A stretch of DNA of 64,000 nt from a virus: positions 1 to 64,000 of the IMG/VR virus record IMGVR_UViG_3300025769_000090. One strand, 5' to 3'. The first letter of the stretch is position 1; each line of letters begins with the position of its first letter. The notes under the pieces are model-generated. The model saw only the letters and a list, made by a program, of their open reading frames with translations. It made no database searches and was not told the DNA's origin. The position numbers were made by a program, and so were the translations under genes. Shown piece by piece: positions 29,471 through 39,175 of the stretch.

Positions 29471-32400
29471 ATGAAAATAGCTCTTTTACCAGGTGGATTT
29501 AAACCACCTCACTTAGGACATTATAATATGGCAAAATATCTTGCAGATTTTGCTGATAAAGTTATAGTAAGAATTGGTCAAAAAGAAAGAGAAGGTATAG
29601 GAGCACCACTAGCTCTTGAAATTTGGAATCTTTATAAAGAATCTGATCCTGACCCTAGAGCTAAAAAACTTATAATAAGCGTTGCACAATCACCATCCCC
29701 CATAAAAGATGTATATGATTTTGTAGAAACTACTGCACCTGAAGGATCTACAGTTATCCTTGGTTTAGGTGAAAAAGATGCTACTGATGGACGTTATAAT
29801 AGTATCCCTAAATTTGCAGAACCACGCAACATTAAGGCAGAAATAGAATTAGTACCACCTCAAGCTGGTGGTATTTCAGGTACTCGCATGCGTGAGATAG
29901 TTAAATCTAATAGTAAGATTGAATTTTTTAAATATATCCCAGAGTTCTTACCTGAAGAAATTAAAGAAGAAATTTGGACTAAACTTTTAGATACTACCCT
30001 ACCTACTGAAGTAGATGAAATAATGGGTGGTACTATGAATAGAGAAGAAATGGCTAAACATAATAAAAATATGCAAAAACTTCGCCAATTCCTTTCTAAA
30101 CAAGGGGATCAAATGACCCAAATCCCTACTAAATTAACAAAAGGGTTAAGAAGAAAGTTATATGAAAAACTCGGAATCCAAAGAGGAACAATCGAAAGTG
30201 AAGTACAATTCTTATCTAGGGAAATACTTGAACTTTTTAAAGACAATATCGGAAAACCCTACGAAACCGGGGGTATAGAAGGGTATATTGAAGGGGGTGA
30301 AGTTGTATTAGAATATGAAATCGACCTTAAATTTATACCATCCGACAGTATACCAGGATTTAGTTTTGATGCTTCTGCAGATGACGAAAACATCGAAATT
30401 GAAATAACCTATAACCCTAATTCATTCCCTGATGAATTTAATAGTCTTAATGCAGAATTAAAAGAAACTTTACGCCATGAAATTGAACATATAACTCAAT
30501 TTGGGTTTGAACTTAAAGGTGGTTTTGAAGAATACAAAGGTTCTATCCCATTTCACAAGTATCTTCAATTATCACATGAAATTCCAGCGTTTGTTAGAGG
30601 GTTATACAAACGCGCTAAAGTTAAAAAAATGTCACTTAAAGATACTTTTAATGAATTTTTTGATGACTATATAGATAGCTTTAATAACCCCCAAGAAATA
30701 GAACAAGTTAGGACTGCGTGGTCTAATTGGGCACGTGAAAATTTACCCGATGCCCAATTAGACGAAAACTATCCACCGTATAAAGCAAATCAAGTTCAAC
30801 AAACTAGATATAGGGCAAGTGATACATTTACAAATGATCCTAAAAAGGCTAAAAAATTAGGATATTTAGAAGATGATGCAGTAGATGAAGGAGATACCTA
30901 TGAAAAAATGGCTGCTAAAGGTAAAAAAGCGGGCAACTTAAAACAGGGTACTGTCAGAAAACGTTTAAAAATTCCTAAAGGTGAAAAAATACCTCTTTCT
31001 TTAATTAATAAAGAATTATCTCGCCTTAAAAAAATGGAAAAGAGAAGTGCTAAAAATCAAAAATATTATAAAGCATTAACGTTAGCTAAAACCTTAAAAA
31101 CTACAACCCATAAAGAAAATATAGATCCTAAAGCTCAAAAGAAGCATAAGGGTAAATCTGCTCCCTATGGTTCAGCTTATGAACCTGTAAAAGAAGGAGA
31201 CCCTAAAATAGGTACAGGTAAAAAGCCTAAAGGATCAGGGCGTCGTTTATATACCGATGAAAATCCTAAAGATACTGTAAAAGTTAAATTTAGCACTAGG
31301 CAAGATATAGTTGATACTTTATCTAAAAAATCATTTAAGGCTAAATCTCACGCACGTCAATCACAAATTATTAACTTAATTCACCAACGTGTAAGAGCAG
31401 CATATAGTAGAGCTAAAGACCCAGCTGTTAAAAAACGCTTAAAATCTGGGTTAGATTATATTACTAAGCGTAAGGATGCATCAAAAAGAAAAACACAAAG
31501 GATGAGAAAAGAAGGATTATTTTCTAAAGAATGGTGGTTAGATGTAATCACTGAAGAAATATTAAGCGAAGGAGGTGCAGCTGGACACATGGCTCACCCA
31601 TTTGATTTACCAAACGTTAAAACAGGTAAAGATTTAATTAAATCGTTTGAACAAGCTGCCGATAGTTTGAAAAAAACACCCGGTAGCGTCAAGATAGATG
31701 GCGTAAATGCGTCAATTAGATTGGTAAATTTCGACGGTAAACGTGAGTTCGCCATGGATCGCGGCTCAAAAAAGGCACTTGATTTACGTGGCGTTACTAA
31801 AGCTGACTTAGAAGATAGATTTGGTGCTGGTCACGGTATGATTAAATCTGGTGGTGACGTATTAGACATATTTAATGCAGCTTTACCTTCAATCCAAGAA
31901 GAATTAAATGCATTAGGATTAATTGATGATCCTAATATTATGTTTAATATGGAATACGTTAGTGGTAAATCTAATGTTCAAGACTATGGTAAAAATTTCT
32001 TAGCAATCCATGGCCTTTTAAAAGTAGAAACTAAAGAAGTACAAGGTGCTCGTAAAATGTTAACTAAAAGAATAACATCTGAAAAACTATTTGCACAAAG
32101 TGATATGGACGAGTTACTTAAAAAGTTAGAGCCATTTGCTAAAAAGAAAGGATTCGAAATATACGGTTCAGTACCTACAACATTTACTAAAGACCCTGAT
32201 TTTAAATCTGCACTAAATACTAGATACACTATTGATACAGCTGAAGGTGATCAAACTAAAACATTAGCTCAATGGTTAAATGGTGTTACTAATATCCCCA
32301 AAACAGATCGCCTAAAAATAAACATTGAAGAAACCGACTCTATTAAAGACGTAGGTGCCCTAAGTAAACAAGTATACTTTGCTGTATTTGGTGGTGAAAA

Positions 32401-32635
32401 TGTAGATTCACTATTTAGTGATGAACAAGAAGTTAATAAAGCTATCCAAGGAGCTACTACATATCTCGCAACTGAAAAATTAGGTGACGCAATATTAGAT
32501 GTACTTGATTCGCCTATGGGTTCAGTTAATGATCATGAGGGTGTAGTTATTAGAGACGAGAAAATTTCCCCACGTCCATTTAAAATTACAGGTAAATTTA
32601 TAACCGGAGGTGTATCCTCAGATTTCCAGAAATAA
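29471..32635 (+). CDS. Multidomain putative polyprotein: HxGH nucleotidyltransferase, HExxH peptidase-like domain, small basic modules, ligase-like (KxDG) domain
   Basis: PGGFKPPHLGH and ISGTRMR; LRHEIEHITQ...HEIPAF; VKIDGVN, NMEYV, HEGVVIRD, PFKITG. Confidence 0.7.
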   Translation: MKIALLPGGFKPPHLGHYNMAKYLADFADKVIVRIGQKEREGIGAPLALEIWNLYKESDPDPRAKKLIISVAQSPSPIKDVYDFVETTAPEGSTVILGLGEKDATDGRYNSIPKFAEPRNIKAEIELVPPQAGGISGTRMREIVKSNSKIEFFKYIPEFLPEEIKEEIWTKLLDTTLPTEVDEIMGGTMNREEMAKHNKNMQKLRQFLSKQGDQMTQIPTKLTKGLRRKLYEKLGIQRGTIESEVQFLSREILELFKDNIGKPYETGGIEGYIEGGEVVLEYEIDLKFIPSDSIPGFSFDASADDENIEIEITYNPNSFPDEFNSLNAELKETLRHEIEHITQFGFELKGGFEEYKGSIPFHKYLQLSHEIPAFVRGLYKRAKVKKMSLKDTFNEFFDDYIDSFNNPQEIEQVRTAWSNWARENLPDAQLDENYPPYKANQVQQTRYRASDTFTNDPKKAKKLGYLEDDAVDEGDTYEKMAAKGKKAGNLKQGTVRKRLKIPKGEKIPLSLINKELSRLKKMEKRSAKNQKYYKALTLAKTLKTTTHKENIDPKAQKKHKGKSAPYGSAYEPVKEGDPKIGTGKKPKGSGRRLYTDENPKDTVKVKFSTRQDIVDTLSKKSFKAKSHARQSQIINLIHQRVRAAYSRAKDPAVKKRLKSGLDYITKRKDASKRKTQRMRKEGLFSKEWWLDVITEEILSEGGAAGHMAHPFDLPNVKTGKDLIKSFEQAADSLKKTPGSVKIDGVNASIRLVNFDGKREFAMDRGSKKALDLRGVTKADLEDRFGAGHGMIKSGGDVLDIFNAALPSIQEELNALGLIDDPNIMFNMEYVSGKSNVQDYGKNFLAIHGLLKVETKEVQGARKMLTKRITSEKLFAQSDMDELLKKLEPFAKKKGFEIYGSVPTTFTKDPDFKSALNTRYTIDTAEGDQTKTLAQWLNGVTNIPKTDRLKINIEETDSIKDVGALSKQVYFAVFGGENVDSLFSDEQEVNKAIQGATTYLATEKLGDAILDVLDSPMGSVNDHEGVVIRDEKISPRPFKITGKFITGGVSSDFQK

Positions 32636-32970
32636 TGAAATTAAAAGATATATTAAACGAAATTACAGGAACTAAAGTTAAGGTAAAAGATCTTACTTTT
32701 AATATGTTAAAAAAAGTTTTCTCCTCAAAATATCAAAACCTAAGTAAAAGTGATACACGATCTATATATAAAGATCCTGTTTACTTACCCCAAGGTGATG
32801 GAAGTTCTAAAGGTATTATTGATGATGAGGCTTTAAAAGCTTATAAAGAATATATTATAAAAAGGGTGGGAAACGTTGAAATTACTTTAGATCCTACTAA
32901 AAATAAAGCCACTATAGAGGACCAAAATTTTAAAGATAGAGAATCTCGTATAGGAAAAGGTATTAATTAA
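32635..32970 (+). CDS. Hypothetical protein with MKLKDILNE leader (putative internal head protein)
   Basis: Leader almost identical to that of 52628. Confidence 0.65.
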   Translation: MKLKDILNEITGTKVKVKDLTFNMLKKVFSSKYQNLSKSDTRSIYKDPVYLPQGDGSSKGIIDDEALKAYKEYIIKRVGNVEITLDPTKNKATIEDQNFKDRESRIGKGIN

Positions 32971-32979
32971 ATAAAAGTT

Positions 32980-33573
32980 ATGTTAAATAAAGAATTTAAA
33001 AGAAAAGATGTAGAGCGTATGCGTAACCTTATTAAAGGTAACACAAATGAATCTGCAGAGTTACAAGTTGGTTATAAAACTAAAATAGAAGATCATAAAG
33101 AAGGTGATATTTGGGAAGAAGGTGGTAAAAAGTGGATTATTAAAGATGGTATAAAACAAACCTATACTAAATTAGATAAAGTAAAAAAAGAAGCTATCTT
33201 ACCACTATTTTGCCCCTGTTGTGGTACTTTAATGAAAAAACGCAATGATGTTAAAATGTATAAAATACATAAAAAATGTTTTGATTGCGTAATTGATATG
33301 GAGGCTAAACTTAAGCTAGAAGGTAAATATGAAGAATATGAACGTAATATAATAGCAGGTAATGCTGAAGCTTATTTAGATGATCTTGAACAATATTTAT
33401 TAGAAGCAATTAATGAATCTAATACCCAATATGTTTCTGAAAGGGGTGAAGTTGAACGTTGGAAGGGGGGAATTGATAAAACCGAATTTCTTGGCCAAAT
33501 AAAAACTAACTTTAAAGATTTTAGAAAACAAGTCGACGATTATAAAAACAATAAAACAGATGATCAAACTTAA
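32980..33573 (+). CDS. Hypothetical protein with Zn-finger
   Basis: CPCCG...CFDC. Confidence 0.7.
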   Translation: MLNKEFKRKDVERMRNLIKGNTNESAELQVGYKTKIEDHKEGDIWEEGGKKWIIKDGIKQTYTKLDKVKKEAILPLFCPCCGTLMKKRNDVKMYKIHKKCFDCVIDMEAKLKLEGKYEEYERNIIAGNAEAYLDDLEQYLLEAINESNTQYVSERGEVERWKGGIDKTEFLGQIKTNFKDFRKQVDDYKNNKTDDQT

Positions 33574-34174
33574 AGAACTTTTATTTGGCAAACCTGATTG
33601 CGATTGTGGTTGTGGTAATTGCGAAGATACTAAACTTAACGAGGGTGTTAAAGTATCCGAAAATTTACAATATCACTTAAATAATAAAATCCCATTAGGT
33701 GAATCCGTATTTAGAATCAGTTCTAACGCTCATGTTAAATTATTTGCAGAAACTAGAAAACTATGGGAAGCAAATAAAATAACCCTATCTGAAGCTGATG
33801 AATATTTCATGTCTACAGATGCAGGTCGTCAGGGGATGTATGAAGGTAAATTAGTACCTCTTGATTTACCCTATATTATGGAAGCTACTAAAAAGAAAAA
33901 GAAAAACCCACCACTAAATAAACCAAAACGAGGGGGCCCTAAAGCATATTTTGTTTATGTTAGAAACCCTAAAACTAAAAAAATTAAAAAAGTTACTTTT
34001 GGTTCAGGTGGATTAAGAGCAAAATTAGGAAATAAAAAAGCCTCACAGGCATTTGCAGCAAGACATGATTGTAAAAATAAAAAAGACAGGACTAAAGCTA
34101 GTTACTGGAGTTGTAACCTTCCTAGATACCATAAGCAGTTGGGCCTTGCAACACCTGCCTCAACTTTCTGGTAA
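33560..34174 (+). CDS. Putative internal head protein with MIKLKELL leader, Cys cluster and basic C-terminal module
   Basis: DCDCGCGNC; KLNE; IME|AT; KKVTFG...AFAARHDC...YWSC. Confidence 0.65.
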   Translation: MIKLKELLFGKPDCDCGCGNCEDTKLNEGVKVSENLQYHLNNKIPLGESVFRISSNAHVKLFAETRKLWEANKITLSEADEYFMSTDAGRQGMYEGKLVPLDLPYIMEATKKKKKNPPLNKPKRGGPKAYFVYVRNPKTKKIKKVTFGSGGLRAKLGNKKASQAFAARHDCKNKKDRTKASYWSCNLPRYHKQLGLATPASTFW

Positions 34175-34454
34175 GCCTTATACTGATATAATAGAGGCAG
34201 ACGGCACAACAAGTCGTCTGTTTTCTGCTTCAACTAAGCCAGAAACTTTAAAGTGGCATATGGATGATGAAGATAGAATTATTACAGTTCTTGATAAAAC
34301 TAATTGGCAATTTCAATTTGAAGATCAATTGCCGGTTCCTTTAAATAAGCCTATATTTATTAAGAGACATCAATGGCATCGTCTTATAAAAGGAGACGGT
34401 CCATTAATAATTAGTATCTATAAACATGCAAGAACGCAAACTAACAAAACCTGA
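34146..34454 (+). CDS. Cupin-fold protein (start uncertain)
   Basis: LKWHMDDEDR...IFIKRHQWHRLIKG cupin His pattern; in-frame TTG 34146 is plausible, ORF open from 34053. Confidence 0.6.
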   Translation: MQHLPQLSGKPYTDIIEADGTTSRLFSASTKPETLKWHMDDEDRIITVLDKTNWQFQFEDQLPVPLNKPIFIKRHQWHRLIKGDGPLIISIYKHARTQTNKT

Positions 34455-35190
34455 GGCTAAAGCCAAAGAGCGTATAGTTAAAGATTTAAAGGGGGCTAAA
34501 GCTGACTTTAAAAAACGTTACGGTAAAGATGCTGAGGCCGTTATGTATGCTACTGCTACTAAACGTGCTAAAAAAGTAGCCGAAGATGGTTGTGGGTGTG
34601 GGTGTGGAGATAGTGAAATAAACCATACTATAAACGAACTAATTGAAGATTTAGTATATGAAGAACTATGTAAGCGAGGTAAAGCTTATATAGCTGCTCG
34701 TAAAAGGGCGGGAGAAAAATCTTCTGCTTACTTATCTGGACGTGCTGTAAAAGTATGTAAAGGACAAATGAAAGGAGCAGGTGGTAAAAGAAAAAAATCT
34801 TATAGAAAAAAAAGACGTAAAAACGAATCTTTATATAATCAATTAAAACCACAAGTATTAAACCACTTAGAAGAATTATTTAATGATCCCTATTTTGCTA
34901 TATTAGCAGAATACAATGTTTCTGAAGGTAGTATAGACGAAAGTTTAAAAAATTGGTTTAAAAAAGAAGATTGGGTTCGTATTGATACCCAAGGAAATAT
35001 TGCTGGTAAGTGTGGTACAATGCCTAAAGGTAAAGCAACACAACGTTGTTTACCTCGTGCTAAAGCTAATTCACTTACTAAAGCCCAACGTAGAGCTACA
35101 GCTAGAAAAAAAGTTAGAGGTAGTAAAAAGGGTAAACAATTTGTTAGAAACACTAAAAAAGCTAAAGTTAGCTTTAAAAAGAAAAAATAA
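34426..35190 (+). CDS. Modular basic protein (three Lys/Arg-rich modules joined by acidic linkers)
   Basis: FKKRYGKDAEAVMYATATK; SAYLSGRAVKVCK; LKNWFKKEDWV...CG...CLP; linkers VAE, VYEE, IDE. Confidence 0.7.
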   Translation: MQERKLTKPEAKAKERIVKDLKGAKADFKKRYGKDAEAVMYATATKRAKKVAEDGCGCGCGDSEINHTINELIEDLVYEELCKRGKAYIAARKRAGEKSSAYLSGRAVKVCKGQMKGAGGKRKKSYRKKRRKNESLYNQLKPQVLNHLEELFNDPYFAILAEYNVSEGSIDESLKNWFKKEDWVRIDTQGNIAGKCGTMPKGKATQRCLPRAKANSLTKAQRRATARKKVRGSKKGKQFVRNTKKAKVSFKKKK

Positions 35191-35191
35191 T

Positions 35192-36535
35192 ATGAGCTTT
35201 TTAGACGAAAATATGGTAGTCACTGACGATCCTGCTAAGGCAGAAGCTTTAGCTAAAAAAGGGGTTATGGTTAAATTAGTAGATTCTGTTGATGAAAAAC
35301 TTGATCCTGTAGGGAAAGAAGATGGTGATATAGATAATGATGGTGATGTAGATAGTACTGATAAGTATTTAGCTAATAAAAGAAAAGCAGTAGCTAAAGC
35401 TATTATGAAATCTAAAAAAACTATTAAAAAAGAAACCCTTGAAGAAGGAATTTTGTCTAAATTATTAGGTGGTGCAGCTGTTCTTGCTGGACTTTTTGCA
35501 CTAGGAAAAATCAATACTAGTGATTCTGAAATCCAAGCTCTACAAGCTAAATATGAACAAGCCCAAACAGAAGAGGAAAAAGATCAAATTAAAGATCAAA
35601 TTACAGCTCGTTTGATTTTTTTAGATACTGGTAAAGAACAAGTTAAAGAAGATGCTGTTGATACTATTGGGAAAGGATTAAAAAACCTAGATAACTTTTT
35701 AAGCAAAGCAGCTAGTGGCAGCGTAACCCTTACATCAATAGTTAGAAGCATAGTTGATTCCTTTGACGACTTAGGAATTGAAAATATGAAAGATAGAGAG
35801 TTTGTAAAAGAGATTTTAGATAAAATAAAAGACGAAAAAAATCCAATAGTTCCTTTTGCAAAAGGTAGTGATGAGGAAAAAAAGTTTTTTGGTATTCTTG
35901 CTAAATCAAGTATGAATCAAAAGAATATAAAAATTATTGAAGATAAAATTAAGGAAATCCGCGATAAAAACTCAACTAATGAAGGTATGAAAAAAGATAA
36001 AGAAGAATTTAACTATAAAGCTCCTAAAGATAAAGATAATGACGATATTAGGATAGATCCTGATACTGAATTTAAAATTGATTTGAAGCACCTTATCCAA
36101 AAACATATGAAAGAGGGTAAGTCTAAAGAAGATACAATTAAGTTTACTAAAGAATTAATGGCAAAACTTCACAATAAAGGTGAAGTTACAGTTGATGGTA
36201 CTAAAATTGTATTTAAAGAAGCTAAAAAGAAAAAAAGTGGTTACATGGGCTATACTGAAATGGCCGAAGCTGATATTCCTATGGATAAGCCAATGGCACT
36301 ACCAGAACCAGATGCACCTGATTACTTAGGTGATGATGGTATGGATTATGAAGGTGGAATGGCTAAAAGCCAAATGCTTAAAATGAAGAAATATGCTGTT
36401 GCTCTTTGTGATATGATTGAAGATGAATCACAATTAGAATCATGGGTACAAGCTAAATTAACTAAAGCATCTGACTATATGTCCTCAGTTTTCCATTACT
36501 TAGATTATCAAAGATCTAAAATGAACGATGAATAA
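35192..36535 (+). CDS. Modular putative internal head protein with EF-hand-like loop
   Basis: ATG 35192 (MSFLDE) right after the upstream stop; DGDIDNDGDVDSTDKYL; C-term EGGMAKSQ...LESWVQAKLTKASDY. Confidence 0.65.
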   Translation: MSFLDENMVVTDDPAKAEALAKKGVMVKLVDSVDEKLDPVGKEDGDIDNDGDVDSTDKYLANKRKAVAKAIMKSKKTIKKETLEEGILSKLLGGAAVLAGLFALGKINTSDSEIQALQAKYEQAQTEEEKDQIKDQITARLIFLDTGKEQVKEDAVDTIGKGLKNLDNFLSKAASGSVTLTSIVRSIVDSFDDLGIENMKDREFVKEILDKIKDEKNPIVPFAKGSDEEKKFFGILAKSSMNQKNIKIIEDKIKEIRDKNSTNEGMKKDKEEFNYKAPKDKDNDDIRIDPDTEFKIDLKHLIQKHMKEGKSKEDTIKFTKELMAKLHNKGEVTVDGTKIVFKEAKKKKSGYMGYTEMAEADIPMDKPMALPEPDAPDYLGDDGMDYEGGMAKSQMLKMKKYAVALCDMIEDESQLESWVQAKLTKASDYMSSVFHYLDYQRSKMNDE

Positions 36536-36974
36536 TTTAACCGAACAAAAACTAAGACGCAAAATACGTCAAATCCTTAAAGAGGAAAGAGAGTATCAAT
36601 TACGTCAATTATCCCCTGGGGCACATGATGCTTTAGGCCCAGGTACCTTAGGTATCCCCCCATCTGCTGTAGTTGACGTTAAAATCATTAAAGCACCTAA
36701 ACCAATTTTTAAGTGTTTTCTTGATAATGGTCAGGCATTTAACTTGATCGATAACGGAGAATACATGCAAGCTGACATTAATCGTATTTTATTTGATTTA
36801 GATAGAGACGATGATATTAATGGTGCAAAATATGAGCTTAAAAAGCTAATGCAACAAGGTAGCATTAAATCAGATGAGGAGGAAGAAGAAACTGATACCT
36901 CATCTGCTGAACCCGACTTCGCTACTGACGAACCCGCAGATGAACCCGTAGACGAACCTGAAGGAGATGAATAA
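36528..36974 (+). CDS. Hypothetical protein with LTEQKLRRKIRQILKE leader and acidic tail
   Basis: Leader resembles the other tagged head proteins. Confidence 0.65.
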   Translation: MNNLTEQKLRRKIRQILKEEREYQLRQLSPGAHDALGPGTLGIPPSAVVDVKIIKAPKPIFKCFLDNGQAFNLIDNGEYMQADINRILFDLDRDDDINGAKYELKKLMQQGSIKSDEEEEETDTSSAEPDFATDEPADEPVDEPEGDE

Positions 36975-37362
36975 TAATCCTGAATTCCAACAAGCCCTAA
37001 CAGGTATCTATAAAGATGGTGTTAAAAAATTTAATATCCGTACTACTCCTAAAGTAGTACTACGTAAAGATGCTGAAAATGGAGCAATGACTTTAGGCCG
37101 TACTGCATATTATGATCCTAACGATTTAACTATTGTTCTTTATACATCAAATCGCCACCCTAAAGATATACTTAGATCATTTGCTCACGAATTAATTCAC
37201 CATGTACAAAATGAACGTGGCGATTTAAATTTAGGAGATTCTAGTGATCCCCAATATGCTCAAAATGATGACCATTTAAGAAAAATGGAAATGGAAGCAT
37301 ATCTAGAAGGTAATATGCTTATGAGAGATTTTGAAGACAATTTTAAGTATCAACAAGAATAA
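36967..37362 (+). CDS. Small zinc metallopeptidase-like protein
   Basis: DILRSFAHELIHHVQ (HExxH) with downstream MEMEAY third-ligand Glu. Confidence 0.7.
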   Translation: MNNNPEFQQALTGIYKDGVKKFNIRTTPKVVLRKDAENGAMTLGRTAYYDPNDLTIVLYTSNRHPKDILRSFAHELIHHVQNERGDLNLGDSSDPQYAQNDDHLRKMEMEAYLEGNMLMRDFEDNFKYQQE

Positions 37363-37413
37363 CATATGTAATAACGTATAGACTGATTCATAGCCAGTCG
37401 ATTAAAAAAATTT

Positions 37414-37455
37414 AGAGAGCTGTGACCTCATATTTGGGGTTTCAGCTTCTTTTTT
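37414..37455 (+). terminator. Rho-independent terminator
   Basis: AGAGAGCTG.GACCTCA-TATT-TGGGGTT.CAGCTTCT hairpin followed by a T-run. Confidence 0.6.
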
Positions 37456-37462
37456 GTATATT
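37433..37462 (+). promoter_or_regulatory. Host-type promoter TTTGG-N17-TGTATATT
   Basis: Recurrent motif, overlaps the terminator, precedes the FAD oxidoreductase. Confidence 0.55.
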
Positions 37463-37481
37463 TAATAGTTAAGATTAAGCA

Positions 37482-38882
37482 ATGGAAAAAGTATTAATAA
37501 TCGGAGCCGGTGTAGCGGGCGTAAATGCTGCAACAAAATTAGTAGATAATGGTTATATTGGTGAAAAAATTACCATTATTGATATGGGTAATGACCCATA
37601 TAAGCGTAAACCAGAAGAAGTCATGACAGGCTTTATGGGTGCTGGTGGATGGTCAGATGGTAAACTTACTTACCATACATCTATTGGTGGCCACATGTCA
37701 AAGTATTGTGGTGATGAGCGTGCAATGGAGTTAATGGATGAAGTAATTTCTAATTTTAGAAGATTCCACCCCAAACCTGAAGTTATTCAGTGTTCACATC
37801 CTGTAGAAGAGCCAGAGTTTATTAAACCTTATTTTGGTTTGCGACTATTCCCTGTATGGCACATTGGAACAGATTACCTACACGAGATTGGTAAAAATTG
37901 GTATGAATACCTTCGTTCTAAAGGCGTTAAGTTTATTTGGAATAATAAAGTTAATAAAATCGAATTTGACAAAAACAGAGCTTACTACAATAATGTAGAC
38001 AATCCACGCCCTGCAAGTAGTATTGAAATGTATGATCGTTTGATTTTTGCTGTTGGTAAGTCTGGTATTGATTTTGGTAAGCATCTTATTGAATCAAATG
38101 ACCAACCTACTGAAGCTAAGCCTGTACAAATTGGTGTGCGTTTTGAAGCTCCCCAAAAACATTTCCAAAAATTGATTGATATTAGCTATGACTTTAAGCT
38201 ATATCGTAAATTTGAAGACAAAGGTGTTTCCCTCAGATCATTCTGTACAAACAACAATGCAGCGTTTGTCGCTGTTGAAGAAACATATGGTGATCACAGT
38301 TATAATGGCCATGCTAAAAAAGATGAAGCATATCGTAACGATATGACTAACTTTGGTATCCTAATGGAAATTAGAGGTATTGATAAGCCATTTGATTGGT
38401 CACGTGAAGCAGTTAAAAAACTTCAAATCAATGGTACTGGTACTTATTATTCACCTAGTAAGCGAGTACCATCTAAAACAAGTGAAGGCGATTATGTCAA
38501 GACAGAAGTTGTAGATAGTATGGATATCTTATACGATGCTATTGGTGATAATGCAACTTATATTGTTGATTTTATTGAAGATATGCAAAAAGTATTCCCA
38601 ACATTAGGTAACGATTGGGGTATTTATATGCCAGAAGTTAAATACCTTGCACCAGAACCACTTGTAAATTATGATGATTTATCCCTTCAAGAAATACCAA
38701 ATGTTCACTTTGTAGGTGATGCTCTTTCAGCTAGAGGCATTACAGTAAGTGGTGCTCAAGGAACTTATGTTGCTGATACTATTTTAGAAGAACAAACTAA
38801 ATTTGATCACTTAGCAGATGCTACTTATATTGGTGGACTAACAATGCCCTCAGAAAAAAACGAATATTGGAAATCATTATGA
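37482..38882 (+). CDS. FAD-dependent oxidoreductase (COG2509-type uncharacterised dehydrogenase)
   Basis: IIGAGVAG; GFMGAGGWSDGKL; HIGTD; AVGKSG; IGVRFE; RSFCTN; NGH; PEVKY; VGD...RGI. Confidence 0.85.
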   Translation: MEKVLIIGAGVAGVNAATKLVDNGYIGEKITIIDMGNDPYKRKPEEVMTGFMGAGGWSDGKLTYHTSIGGHMSKYCGDERAMELMDEVISNFRRFHPKPEVIQCSHPVEEPEFIKPYFGLRLFPVWHIGTDYLHEIGKNWYEYLRSKGVKFIWNNKVNKIEFDKNRAYYNNVDNPRPASSIEMYDRLIFAVGKSGIDFGKHLIESNDQPTEAKPVQIGVRFEAPQKHFQKLIDISYDFKLYRKFEDKGVSLRSFCTNNNAAFVAVEETYGDHSYNGHAKKDEAYRNDMTNFGILMEIRGIDKPFDWSREAVKKLQINGTGTYYSPSKRVPSKTSEGDYVKTEVVDSMDILYDAIGDNATYIVDFIEDMQKVFPTLGNDWGIYMPEVKYLAPEPLVNYDDLSLQEIPNVHFVGDALSARGITVSGAQGTYVADTILEEQTKFDHLADATYIGGLTMPSEKNEYWKSL

Positions 38883-39175
38883 ATCAAGAAGAAATTAACG
38901 ATCACATCCGAAGACAAAATGAAATTATGGGAAAAGAAGATTTTCCTAAGTCAAGAAAAATGAAATCACCTGATGGTACTATAGCATACATTTGGGATAG
39001 TAAACTCCATAACTGGGAAGGACCAGCTCTTATACCAGAGGGTGATAAACGCAAAAGAGAGTATTATATTTATGGCATCCAGTATTCAGAAGAAGAATGG
39101 AAAGAAAGAAAACGTGACGGTAAGGGTTTGCCATGGTATAAAGACCCAAGATTTAAATCAAGAACAGCAGGATAA
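38879..39175 (+). CDS. Hypothetical protein with one LHxxxGPA-type repeat
   Basis: LHNWEGPALI...EYYIYG; ATG 38879 overlaps the upstream TGA. Confidence 0.65.
   Translation: MNQEEINDHIRRQNEIMGKEDFPKSRKMKSPDGTIAYIWDSKLHNWEGPALIPEGDKRKREYYIYGIQYSEEEWKERKRDGKGLPWYKDPRFKSRTAG

Noticed and set aside
34053-34454. Programmed frameshift fusing the 33560 protein to the cupin
   Set aside because: No slippery site seen; an in-frame TTG at 34146 or upstream ATGs explain the overlap
34982-35191. N-terminal extension of the 517-aa ORF (and similar extensions at 12418, 38867, 42214, 47797)
   Set aside because: They overlap neighbouring genes or promoters; better ATG starts lie at 35192, 12442, 38879, 42253 and 47749
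37381-37416. preQ1-I riboswitch-like shape (5-bp stem plus A-rich tail)
   Set aside because: The loop lacks a convincing consensus and pseudoknot pairing, and no queuosine gene follows; kept only as a generic sRNA candidate
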